DNA of 64,000 nucleotides from assembly GCA_963662585.1 (NCBI GenBank), contig OY759729.1:512001-576000 (forward strand), written 5' to 3'. This document shows positions 8,719 through 19,065 of this stretch, piece by piece (position 1 is the first letter of the stretch; each line of letters starts with the position of its first letter). The notes below the pieces were generated by a model that saw only the letters and a list, made by a program, of their open reading frames with translations, ran no database searches and was not told the DNA's origin. This stretch comes from Candidatus Cloacimonadales bacterium. GTDB taxonomy: Bacteria > Cloacimonadota > Cloacimonadia > Cloacimonadales > JAFGVF01. The position numbers were made by a program, and so were the translations under genes.

Positions 8719-9630
8719 ATGGATTATCAAGAGGCATTAAATAAAGTTTATAGCATTATTAAAGAGCAAGCAATAATTGGTCATGTTGCAGATTATATTC
8801 CAGAATTAGCAAAAGTTGATCCTAATATTTTTGGAGTTCATCTTCTTACAGTAAATAGTGATAATTACTCCTTAGGACAGAATGACTTAAGTTTTTCTGT
8901 GCAAAGTATAGTTAAAGTTTTGTCGCTGACCTTAGCCTTGGAATTTGAAAAGGATAAATTATGGGAAAGAGTCAACATGGAACCTTCAGGAAATCCTTTC
9001 AATTCGGTGGTTCAGTTGGAATATGAGAATGGAATACCCCGCAATCCTTTCATTAATGCTGGAGCTATTGTAATATGTGATATACTTTTAGACCATCTTA
9101 AAAATCCTGCTGAAAATTTCTTAGGCTTCGTCAGAAGATTAACCAATAATCAAAAAATACAATATAGTCAGAAAATTGCTGATTCGGAGAAAGCAACTGG
9201 TTTTCGCAACTATGCCTTAGCAAACTTTATAAAAGCACATAATAATCTAAAAAATAATATTGATGCTGTAATGAATTTCTATTTCACAATCTGCTCTTTG
9301 GAATTAAGCTGTCAAGACTTATGCAATGCTTTTATTCTCTTTGCCAACAGAGGGAAACTCCTCTCAGGTGAAAGAGTTATTACTGTCAGTCAATCTAAAA
9401 GAATTAATGCTATTATGCAGACTTGTGGATTCTATGATCAAGCTGGCTTATTCTCCTACAAAATAGGCTTGCCAGGGAAAAGTGGTGTTGGCGGAGGGAT
9501 AATAGCTGTTCATCCAGGAAATTATGCCATTGCGGTTTATAGCCCTAGGCTTAATGATAAAGGCAATTCTGTATTAGGCATGAAGTTTTTAGAAGAGTTC
9601 ACCACATTAACAGAAGTTTCTATATTTTAG
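8719..9630 (+). CDS. glsA: Glutaminase
   Basis: VADYIPELA, QSIVK, EPSGNPFNS, NPFINAGAI, PGKSGVGGG motifs. Confidence 0.95.
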   Translation: MDYQEALNKVYSIIKEQAIIGHVADYIPELAKVDPNIFGVHLLTVNSDNYSLGQNDLSFSVQSIVKVLSLTLALEFEKDKLWERVNMEPSGNPFNSVVQLEYENGIPRNPFINAGAIVICDILLDHLKNPAENFLGFVRRLTNNQKIQYSQKIADSEKATGFRNYALANFIKAHNNLKNNIDAVMNFYFTICSLELSCQDLCNAFILFANRGKLLSGERVITVSQSKRINAIMQTCGFYDQAGLFSYKIGLPGKSGVGGGIIAVHPGNYAIAVYSPRLNDKGNSVLGMKFLEEFTTLTEVSIF

Positions 9631-9773
9631 GGATATCACAAAAGATACTTCTGTCTAACCGCTTTCCTTCAGTAGCTTTAGCTAAGTAGCCAGCTTAGTA
9701 TTCACAAGAAAAATTATAGGGTTAGGCGAGAAGATTTTCTACATTGTGGGTTAAAATATTTACTTCATCTGAC

Positions 9774-9803
9774 AAAAAGCTCCGAATGGGGCTCGGAGCT
9801 TTT
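9774..9803 (-). terminator. Rho-independent terminator (possibly bidirectional)
   Basis: AAAAAGCTCCGA-ATGGGGC-TCGGAGCTTTT just downstream of the 9830 stop. Confidence 0.7.
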
Positions 9804-9829
9804 CATCATTTGGATTTGTTTTTATTGGA

Positions 9830-12376
9830 CTATTTCATAAGAATCATTTTATTAGTTTTATTATAACTATTAGATATTAACTTATAGAGATATACACCAG
9901 AAGCAACATTCTTATTGTTATCATCTTTGGCATTCCAGACAAGACTATGTTGACCTGGTAAGAAATTAGTGTAAGATTTTACTACTTGACCTTTTAAGTT
10001 ATAAATAACTAAGGACGCCAGATCATTTTCTTTCACATTAAAATTGATAGTAGTTTCAGGATTGAATGGATTTGGATAAGCTGCGAATAGACTTGTTGCT
10101 GTAGGTAGAACATTATTATTAAGCTCAGACTCTATTCTCACACTTACAGGTCCGTAAAGTTTATTTTCGTTACTTAATTCTACACTCTCTAACCAGTAAT
10201 AATAAGTGGTTTCAGTTTCAATTTCACTATCAACAAATGAGTACTTAGAACCACTAGCATAGTTATTAGCTGAGATTATATTAGTATTAACTCTTTGTGA
10301 TGTTTCAGAATTTTCTCTTTCATTGCGATAAATATTATAACCTAAAAGATTTGATTCAGATGCTGTTTCCCAAGAGATTTGAGCAAAGTTATCTGCTGTG
10401 GCAATAGCATTGAAGGAGGAGAGTTCTACTGGGAGGGTAAAGTCATCATTATTTGTTATTACGATGTCTTTGTCTCCTTTTGAACCATCATAGTTGTAAA
10501 TAATAAATAGCGTACCTCCAAAAATTACCCAAAAATCCTCTTCTAAAGAAGGGTCAAAAGGATCTAATTCAGTCTCACCAATATATACATGAGAAATTTC
10601 AGCTAACTCAGGATAAATGACTTGAATATTATAAATTCCTGTAATATCAAAGTTATAAGTAAATGCAGCTATTGGTTGATATGCAAAACCCTCTGTTGGT
10701 AGGTTTTCTAAAATGACAGGAACATGAGGAGTTGCATTATCTGGAATATTAATACTTATTCCCGCTATAGGGTTACTTTCACTAGGTATTTCTGGTTGAA
10801 TTTCTACATTAGTTGCAAACATATATTCTTGTGGTTCTGTAGTAGGATATGATTTTACATTATTTATTTTATAATAAGGAGTAACAGTCCATCTTACTGT
10901 AGCTGAATAAGGAAGTTCTCCACCAGGAAGATCAGTAAAGGAGAAAACTACACGAGATTCTTCATTTTCTACATTTCCAATGATAGTATCGATTTCTGTT
11001 TCAACTTGAATAGTAACTCTAACATCATATCCTCTAGTGAAACCAACTAGTTGAGGAATAGCATCCCAAGATAAAGAAACATCTGTTGCTTCATTCCATT
11101 GTCCGTCTGTAGGCAATATATTTAATATAACATGAGGAACTTCGATACTTTCATTAAAGGCATCTTCTAAATTAGTTAAATAAGGGAAACCATCATTGAT
11201 TTCACTATTTAATGTCCAATAATCATTTTCACCATTAGCACTTTCATCAACAAAATCCCAATCTGAGTCTATAAATGTAGCTAAAGTTCGTAACTCTTCA
11301 GTAGTTTTACCTATAGCTATAGGTGAAGTTGCTACACCTGCTGTAGTAGAATTCCAGAAAGAATTTGTGCAAGTTGTAGAAAATGCAGAGCTTGTGAAAG
11401 CTCCAACAGAGCTTTCTATAGATGTGACTGAACCAAGACTATAACAGTTATCAACAATTACTCTATTAAACCTTCCTGAAAAAGAACCAACTATACTAGT
11501 TCCTTGTACATTTCCTGAAGCGTAGCAGTTGCTTATTGTAAGTCGATTTGAAGGATTGGTACCATACATATTACCTCTTCAGTAGTTTTACCTATAGCTA
11601 TAGGTGAAGTTGCTACACCTGCTGTAGTAGAATTCAAACGCTCCTACAGACTCATCTCCACTTACATCTCCAGTTGCAAAACATTCACTAATAGAAGTCA
11701 TTTGATAAGCATATCCAACTAAACCGCCTGAATTGGCTCCTGTATTTTGAACATCACCTGTAGCATAACTCTTGGTTAAAGTAGTGTTTGTTTTGCTATA
11801 TCCAATCAGACCACCTACAGATGCTGTTCCATTTACAGAACATTCGGAAAAAGTATTTTCTACACTTGTATTAGTAACAATATATCCAATCAATCCACCA
11901 ACATAGAGTGTTCCTGTAACAGAACCAGTAGAATAACAATTTTCAATAGTGCAAGTTATTGCTTCTCCTACAAGGGCACCAGTATAATAGGTTCCTGTTA
12001 TTTGGCAATCTTTCAATCCAAGGTTTTTGATGGTAGCATTATCACCTTTTCCAAACAATGCTTGATTGCCAGAAGACCTAGAGATAAAGAGGTTAGATAT
12101 AAATTTATTGTTACCATCATATATTCCTAGAAAATTGGCAATAGGATTATAGCCTGCCCCACCATTTAAAGTGGAAGAATCAGAAGCATCGATGTTTCCA
12201 GTTTGCTGGATATAAGTTCCAGAAGCCCAATAAGAGCTAGTAGAAGATAGGGTAACAAGGTCAGCAAAATCTTCTACTAAATAAGGATTATCAGATGTAC
12301 CAGCTCCAGTAAGAGTCTGACTAAAAAGTGACAATCCAAAAACAACTAACAAAAGTGATAAAATAAGTTTTTTCAT
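9830..12376 (-). pseudogene. GLUG-repeat secreted protein with CTD, split into ORFs 11588-12376 and 9830-11569 by a 61-bp duplicated segment
   Basis: Signal peptide and GLUG repeats (CYSTGSVTG..VGGLIG) in the upstream ORF; GLUG, LPVELSSF and YPNPFNPETT CTD in the downstream ORF. 11575-11635 is an exact copy of 11294-11354. May be an assembly error rather than a true pseudogene. Confidence 0.75.
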
Positions 12377-12460
12377 AATTTTCTCCTTTATATTTTTTTA
12401 ATTTTCAAACGAAATCATTAACTAATGTATTATAGCATTATTAACTGTTAACCAGAGAAG

Positions 12461-12485
12461 AAGGCTCCGAAAGCTCGGAGCTTTT
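12461..12485 (-). terminator. Terminator-like hairpin paralogous to 9774-9803
   Basis: AAGGCTCCGA-AAGC-TCGGAGCTTTT downstream of the 12514 stop. Confidence 0.55.
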
Positions 12486-12513
12486 CTTCATTTGGATTTG
12501 TTTTTATTGGATA

Positions 12514-15239
12514 CTATTTCATAAGAATCATTTTATTAGTTTTATTATAACTATTAGATATTAACTTATAGAGATATACACCAGAAGCAACATTCTTATT
12601 GTTATTATCTTTGGCATTCCAGACAAGACTATGTTGACCTGGTAAGAAATTAGTGTAAGATTTTACTACTTGACCTTTTAAGTTATAAATAACTAAGGAA
12701 GCCAGATCATTTTCTTTCACATTAAAATTGATAGTAGTTTCAGGATTGAATGGATTTGGATAAGCTGCGAATAGACTTGTTGCTGTAGGTAGAACATTAT
12801 TATTAAGCTCAGACTCTATTCTCACACTTACAGGTCCGTAAAGGTTATTTTCGTTACTTAATTCTACACTCTCTAACCAGTAATAATAAGTGGTTTCAGT
12901 TTCAATTTCACTATCAACAAATGAGTACTTAGAACCACTAGCATAGTTATTAGCTGAGATTATATTAGCATTAACTCTTTGTGATGTTTCAGAATTTTCT
13001 CTTTCATTGCGATAAATATTATAACCTAAGAGATTTGATTCAGAAGCTGTTTCCCAAGAGATTTGAGCAAAGTTATCTGCTGTGGTAATAGCATTGAAAG
13101 ATGAGAGTTCTACTGGGAGGGTAAAGTCATCATTATTGTTATTACGATGTCTTTGTCGTTACTTAATTCTACACTCTCTCCTTTTGAACCATCATAGTTG
13201 TAAACAATATATAGCCTACTTTCCATAATTATCCAGATATCCACTTCTGAAGAACCGTCATAAAGATCTAATTCAGTCCCACCAATATATACATGAGAAA
13301 TTTCATCTAACTCAGGATAAAAGATTTGAATAATATAAATATCTGTAATATCAAAGTTATAAGTAAATGCAGCTATTGGTTGATATGCAAAACCCTCTGT
13401 TGGTAGGTTTTCTAAAATGACAGGAACATGAGGAGTTGCATTATCTGGAATATCAATACTTATTCCCTCTATAGGGTTACTTTCATTAGGTTCTTCTGGT
13501 TGAATTCCTGCATTTGTTGTAAACATGTATTCCTGTGGATCTGTAGTAGGATATGATTTTTCATTATCTATTTTATAATAAGGAGTAACAGCCCATCTTA
13601 CTATAGCTGAATAAGGAAGTTCTCCACCAGGAAGATCAGTAAAGTAAAAAACTATTGAAGATTCTTCATTTTCTACATTTCCAATGATAGTATCGATTGC
13701 TGTTTCAACTTGAATAGTAACTCTAACATCATATCCTCTAGTGAAACCAACTACTTGAGGAATAGCACCCCAAGATATAGGAGCATCTGTTGTTTCATTC
13801 CATTGTCCGTCTGTAGGCAATATATTTGTTGTAACATGAGGACAAACTATAGATGCAGGAATAAGATCTTCTGCCCAAGTTAAGTAAGGGTAACCCATGT
13901 TTCTACTGGCATCCATCTTCCAATTATCTTCATCTCCATTAATACTCTCTCCTAGAAAATCCCAAGTAGCATTTGTGAAAGTTGTCAATGTTTTCATTTC
14001 TTCACTTGATTTTGCAATACCAATAGTTGAAGTAGATACTTGAGATGTATTATAATCCCAGAATGAATTTTCACAAGTGTAGCTACCATCTCCATAAGCA
14101 AAACCATCTTTAGGAGCTCCTGAAGAGACAGTTAACTCTCCTATTGAATAGCAATTGTCAATATCAACAGAAGTACAATATCCCATAAAACCATTAGCAA
14201 AAGCTATAGCTTCAACATCCCCCAAAGCATAGCAGTTACTTATTTCTACATTTACAGATGCAGTACCAGTTATTCCACCAGCAAAAGCACCAGCAGTTTG
14301 GTCATAACTTGTTACATCTCCAGTTGCATAACAAGCTCTTAAATAAGCGATTCCTTCTGCATTGCCAATTAACCCACCTATTCTATTACCTCCAGTAACA
14401 TCACCACTGGCATAACAAGAATCTATCGTAGTAGATTGACTTGCATATCCAACTATACCACCTGAATATCTGTTACCTACAACATTTGCTGTTGAAGTAC
14501 AGTGGGAAATATCAGAACTAAAGTTTGAAAAAGCAACAATACCACCCCAGTTATATTTATTGTTATTTTGGTTGATTCTTGAGATTGTTCCAGCCGAAGA
14601 ACAGTCCCTAATTGTAGTATTTCCTGCAGTAGCAAGACAACCTCCAACCTGACTATCTCCTGTAATTGTTCCAATCATAGAGCAGTTAATCATTGAAGAA
14701 TTTCCTAGATAACCAGCTATACCTCCAATATTTTGGGTACCAGTAACACTTCCATGAACTGAACAGTTTTTTATGGTTAATCCATTTGATGATTTTCCTA
14801 CTATTGCACCAACATAATTAATTCCGCTGATGTCTGCATTTATCATGCTAACATTGGAAATACTTGCATTAATACAGAATCCGAAAAGACCTTGTTCGTC
14901 AGCAGCTCTATCAATGTTCAAGTTCTGAATTTCAAAATCTTGGCCATCATAATGACCAAAGAAAGGTGAGGATGAATTTCCAATAGGAAGGAAACCTTCA
15001 CCAGCATTTAAGTCAGCTGAACTAGAAGCATCAATCACACCAGTTTGCTGGATATAAGTTCCAGAAGCCCAATAAGAGCTAGTAGAAGATAGGGTAACAA
15101 GGTCAGCAAAATCTTCAATTAAATAAGGGTTGTCAGAAGTACCAGCTCCACTAAGACCAGTTGGTGGAAGATATTTGTCTAAACCAAAAAGCGACATACA
15201 TAAAACAACTAATAAAAGTGATAAGATAAGTTTTTTCAT
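12514..15239 (-). pseudogene. GLUG-repeat secreted protein with CTD, frameshifted paralog (ORFs 13110-15239 and 12514-12825)
   Basis: Compared with the 9830 paralog it lacks one base at 13136-13137 (ACA AAT AAT to ACA ATA ATG) and has a 21-bp in-frame insertion (ESVELSN). The downstream sequence is near-identical and open to 12514. May be an assembly error. Confidence 0.75.
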
Positions 15240-15665
15240 TTTTTTCTCCTTTACTTTTTTTTAAAATTTTTAAAAACAAAATCCTTTCACTGATATATAA
15301 TAGCAATATTACTTCCAAATAAATGCATTATAAAAAAAAAGTGTGTAAGTAGTTTAAAAATAAGGATATATATTTTTTTAAAGGGAAAAGGTTTTTGCCT
15401 ATTTTTTAGTAACAATTAGAATAAGTGCGATTTCGCAGTTCATTATCGCAATGAGTGCGAAAACGAAAGCTCTTACTAAAGCGCTTAATGGCCCTAGTTA
15501 CATACTTACTACATAGCTTCAGCGAAGTAGAAAGCCTTGTGGAAAAAACCGTCCGACAGTTAAGGAATGCTTATCCTCACTGGAGAATACTTACGAATTA
15601 CAAATAATTTTAGCATAATAGCAAATTTTGCATATAATATCATAAAAAAGTAAAGAGGTAAAGAA

Positions 15666-16232
15666 ATGTTAAAATATATAATTCTATTAACTTCGTTAAT
15701 AGTAACAATGCTGGCTTATGCTAAAAGTAATGAGGAAAGTAAAATTGAGGAAAAAAGTTTCTATGATTTTTCAGCAACTTCAATAGATGGCAAAGAAATA
15801 TCAATGTCAGACTACAAAGGAAAAGTTGTGATTGTAGTCAATGTAGCTAGCAAATGTGGCTTTACCCCCCAATATGAGGGTTTGCAAGCGCTATATAATA
15901 AATATGAGAAAGATGGATTGGTTATTCTAGGATTCCCAAGTAATCAGTTCGCTAATCAAGAACCTGCTAGTGATGAAGATATCAAAGAATTTTGCACTTT
16001 GAATTATGGTGTAAGCTTCCCTATGTTTAGTAAAATTGATGTTAATGGAAATGATACTCATCCGCTTTATGTATTTCTGAAGTCACAGCAATCAGGGTTC
16101 CCTGGAGATGCAATTAAATGGAACTTTACCAAGTTTATTGTTGATAAAGAAGGAAATGTTGTGAAAAGAGTTTCTTCTTCTACTAAACCAGAAAAGATGG
16201 AAGATGATATTGTAGAACTTATTAAGAAATAG
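15666..16232 (+). CDS. Glutathione peroxidase family protein with signal peptide
   Basis: [10 protein letters not shown] (Cys, not Sec), [18 protein letters not shown]. Confidence 0.92.
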   Translation: MLKYIILLTSLIVTMLAYAKSNEESKIEEKSFYDFSATSIDGKEISMSDYKGKVVIVVNVASKCGFTPQYEGLQALYNKYEKDGLVILGFPSNQFANQEPASDEDIKEFCTLNYGVSFPMFSKIDVNGNDTHPLYVFLKSQQSGFPGDAIKWNFTKFIVDKEGNVVKRVSSSTKPEKMEDDIVELIKK

Positions 16233-16266
16233 CAAATAAAAAAACAAGTTTGAGATATAACAGAAT

Positions 16267-16298
16267 AAACAAAACCTTGCTAATGCAAGGTTTTGTTT
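16267..16298. terminator. Bidirectional terminator
   Basis: AAACAAAACCTTGC-TAAT-GCAAGGTTTTGTTT perfect 14-bp stem between convergent genes. Confidence 0.8.
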
Positions 16299-16333
16299 TA
16301 AGTTATGATATAATTATCAAAATGTGTTTTGTC

Positions 16334-16573
16334 TTAAAAATGTTTACGAGAGAATGCTCTTCCAGAATGAGTTTTGAGATATGATTCAAATGATAGCGCT
16401 TTCTCCTTGGTTTTAAAGGCAAAATAACAGTTTATTTCCCAAGGCTTGAATTTAGATGTAGATTGTACTTCACCATAATTATGCTTTTGGATTCTCTTTT
16501 TTTAGTCAGAAGTATAACCTGTATAATATTTATTTTCATGAGATATACTCTTAAGTATATAAACATAATACAT
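16334..16573 (-). pseudogene. Small GIY-YIG nuclease (UPF0213/YazA-like) with premature stop
   Basis: Manual translation: MYYVYILKSISHENKYYTGYTSD*KKRIQKHNYGEVQSTSKFKPWEINCYFAFKTKEKALSFESYLKTHSGRAFSRKHF. GAGG SD; in-frame TAA at 16502-16504 where Leu (TTA) is expected. Confidence 0.85.
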
Positions 16574-16619
16574 AATAACCTCATTAATTTATTTATGACA
16601 TATATAAGTATCATATATT

Positions 16620-16734
16620 GGCTTGCCAAGGCGTAGTAATGAACAAAACGATCATTTATGCTTTGACCGTCTTCGCATCTAATGATGCTACGCCGTGTCA
16701 GTCTTCTCATTCACTTTGTTCATTTCGAAGACTG
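16620..16734 (-). repeat. Palindromic linker between tRNA-Ala 3' end and the GIY-YIG gene
   Basis: Stems CAGTCTTC/GAAGACTG, GCATC/GATGC, GGCGTAG/CTACGCC and AATGAACAAA/TTTGTTCATT. Confidence 0.55.
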
Positions 16735-16808
16735 GTGGAGCATAGCGGGATCGAACCGCTGACCTCTACACTGCCAGTGTAGCGCTCTCCCAGCTGAGCT
16801 AATGCCCC
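16733..16808 (-). tRNA. tRNA-Ala (GGC)
   Basis: GGGGCATTAGCTCAGCTGGGAGAGCGCTACACT-GGC-AGTGTAGAGGTCAGCGGTTCGATCCCGCTATGCTCCACCA: 76 nt, G3:U70 pair, encoded CCA. Confidence 0.98.
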
Positions 16809-16861
16809 ACAGCTGATTTCAAAAAATATAATTACTTAAAAGTTGTCAATATTTATTTATC

Positions 16862-17659
16862 CTATTCTGAAGATTCTTTGATACTATTTAGAACAATTCC
16901 TCGCTCAGAAGATTTAGCAAATTCAATAAATTCTCTCTGGTAATCTGTTAAGTTCTCTAATGATTCAGCTTGAGTAATTGCCTGAGAAACATTTAAGCCA
17001 GAACGATAGAATATTCTGAAAATCTCTTTAATCTCAGTAATATCTTCAGGAGAGAAACCACGGCGTTGTAAGCCAACACTATTTATTCCACCTAAATGAT
17101 AATCAGTACCTTGACCACGAGTAAAAGGAGGAATATCTTTCTTAATCTGGGAAGCTCCTCCCACAAAAGCATATCTACCAACTTTTACAAACTGATTGGC
17201 AGCACACATTCCACTTACTATTGCATGATCTAAAACATGGACATGTCCTGCAAAAGTAGTTGCACTTGAGATAATTACATTATTGCCAATCTGACAATTG
17301 TGAGCAATGTGCACATAAGACATAATCAAGTTATTATCACCTACATTTGTATCTTCGTCTAAGCCATTAGAGGCGTTTATAGTAACATACTCTCTAATAG
17401 TGTTATTACTTCCGATATTAACTCTAGTTGGCTCACCTTTATACTTAAGATCTTGAGGTTTAGTGCCAATACAAGCAAAAGGATAAAATTGATTATTATC
17501 TCCAATCCTTGTGTTACCATCAATCACAACATGAGATTGTAGATGATTATTATCCCCCAGCACGACATTTTCAGAAATAACACAATATGGACCAACCACG
17601 GTATTTTTACCGATTTTAGCACCTTCTTTAATAATTGCTGTTGGATGTATCATTTTCAT
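16862..17659 (-). CDS. lpxA: UDP-N-acetylglucosamine O-acyltransferase
   Basis: IHPTAII, hexapeptide repeats, PQDLKYKGE, HIAHNC; lipid A operon context. Confidence 0.95.
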   Translation of the reverse strand: MKMIHPTAIIKEGAKIGKNTVVGPYCVISENVVLGDNNHLQSHVVIDGNTRIGDNNQFYPFACIGTKPQDLKYKGEPTRVNIGSNNTIREYVTINASNGLDEDTNVGDNNLIMSYVHIAHNCQIGNNVIISSATTFAGHVHVLDHAIVSGMCAANQFVKVGRYAFVGGASQIKKDIPPFTRGQGTDYHLGGINSVGLQRRGFSPEDITEIKEIFRIFYRSGLNVSQAITQAESLENLTDYQREFIEFAKSSERGIVLNSIKESSE

Positions 17660-17668
17660 AATATGCCC

Positions 17669-19060
17669 CTATTTCTTCATTAATTTAGCGAGGAAGTCAC
17701 CTTCACAAACTTTTGTATTTCCCACATAAGCATCACCATGCATTTTAGTGATTGTAGCTTTCAAGGAGATTACTTTCATTTCAAATCTAAGAATATCACC
17801 AGGTAATACTGGTTTTCTAAATTTAACATTATCAATAGAAGCAAAATAAGCAACATAGTTTTCAGGATCATTTAGCTGATTCAAGAGCATTATTCCACCT
17901 GTTTGTGCCATTGCTTCTACAATAATTACACCTGGCATAACAGGATGTTCAGGGAAGTGTCCTTGGAAAAATGGTTCATTCATAGTAACATTCTTGATAC
18001 CTACAATGAGTTTTCCTGGTATAAATTCAATAATTTTATCTACAAATAAGAATGGATATCTATGGGGAAGAATCTTCTGAATTGCGTTAATATCAAAGAC
18101 GATATCTTCAGTTCTCTTCTTTTGGAACATCTTCTGTAATTCATTCTTTCTCTGGATAGAACGAAGTTTTTTTACTAATTCAACATTAGTCTTGTGACCT
18201 GAACGAGCAGCTAAGATGTGTCCTTTTATTGGTAAACCAAGCAAGGCTATATCACCAATAACATCCAATACTTTATGCCTAACAAATTCATTATAATATC
18301 TTAAAGAACTTGTATTAAGAATACCTTCAGAAGTTACTTCAATATCTTTATGATAATTAAAAGTATCTTTCAAATTACTCAATTCTTCAGTAGTCATATT
18401 TGGTTCACCAATTACAACTGCATTCTCCAAAGAACCACCCTTAATAAGATTCTTCTCTTTTAGATAAAGAATTTCATTAATGAAACAGAAGGTTCTAGCT
18501 TTAGAAAATTCTTCTTCAAAGCATGACATGTTTGGTAACCAAGTATATTGGGTACCTAAATAGGGATGGTGATAATCAATTAGGAAAGTAACTTTTAGTT
18601 CATTAGAAGGGACAATAACAATATCGACATTATCTTCTGGAGCTGAGAAATTGATAGGTTTATCAAATTCAAAATATTCTCTAACAGAATCCTGTTGCTT
18701 TACCCCAACTTGTTTGATAAGTTGAATAAAAGGATAAGCAGAACCATCTGCAACTGGTGCTTCAGGTCCATCAATTTCAATAGTTATATTATCAATATCC
18801 ATACCTTTTACTGCAGCAAGGACATGTTCAATAGTTCCTACAGAGGCATCTTTAATTCCTATGGTTGTTCCGCGCGAGATATCAACAACATGGTCTATAT
18901 CTGCTGGAATAATTGGTTTTCCTGGCATATCAACACGGACAAACCTAATTCCATCATCACTAGCTGCGGGTTTAAAAGTTATTGTAGAAATTATCCCTGA
19001 ATGTAATCCGATACCAGTATAACTGATACTTCCTGCTATTGTTTTTTTAAAATCACTCAT
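17669..19060 (-). CDS. lpxC-fabZ: Bifunctional LpxC deacetylase / FabZ dehydratase
   Basis: GIGLHSG, TIEHVLAA and RHKVLDVIGD (LpxC) fused to LPHRYPFL..FQGHFP..PGV (FabZ). Confidence 0.95.
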   Translation of the reverse strand: MSDFKKTIAGSISYTGIGLHSGIISTITFKPAASDDGIRFVRVDMPGKPIIPADIDHVVDISRGTTIGIKDASVGTIEHVLAAVKGMDIDNITIEIDGPEAPVADGSAYPFIQLIKQVGVKQQDSVREYFEFDKPINFSAPEDNVDIVIVPSNELKVTFLIDYHHPYLGTQYTWLPNMSCFEEEFSKARTFCFINEILYLKEKNLIKGGSLENAVVIGEPNMTTEELSNLKDTFNYHKDIEVTSEGILNTSSLRYYNEFVRHKVLDVIGDIALLGLPIKGHILAARSGHKTNVELVKKLRSIQRKNELQKMFQKKRTEDIVFDINAIQKILPHRYPFLFVDKIIEFIPGKLIVGIKNVTMNEPFFQGHFPEHPVMPGVIIVEAMAQTGGIMLLNQLNDPENYVAYFASIDNVKFRKPVLPGDILRFEMKVISLKATITKMHGDAYVGNTKVCEGDFLAKLMKK

Positions 19061-19065
19061 ATTAT

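Noticed and set aside
12441..12451. Fourth copy of the TetR operator (TTAACTGTTAA)
   Set aside because: Two bases shorter than the other three, not conserved upstream of the paralog, and plausible by chance in AT-rich DNA.
12514..12825. Stand-alone CTD protein
   Set aside because: It is the 3' end of the frameshifted 15239 gene.
9830..13200. Diversity-generating retroelement (TR/VR pair) in the duplicated C-termini
   Set aside because: Mismatches are few and not adenine-specific, both copies are genes, and there is no reverse transcriptase in the window.
15666..16232. Selenocysteine-containing peroxidase
   Set aside because: The active-site codon is TGT (Cys); no in-frame TGA.
16432..16710. 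92-aa minus-strand ORF
   Set aside because: A different frame of the same DNA gives a clear GIY-YIG sequence with an SD; this ORF has no motif.
16300..16808. Integrase-type genomic island at tRNA-Ala
   Set aside because: No integrase and no duplicated tRNA 3' end (att site) was found in the window.
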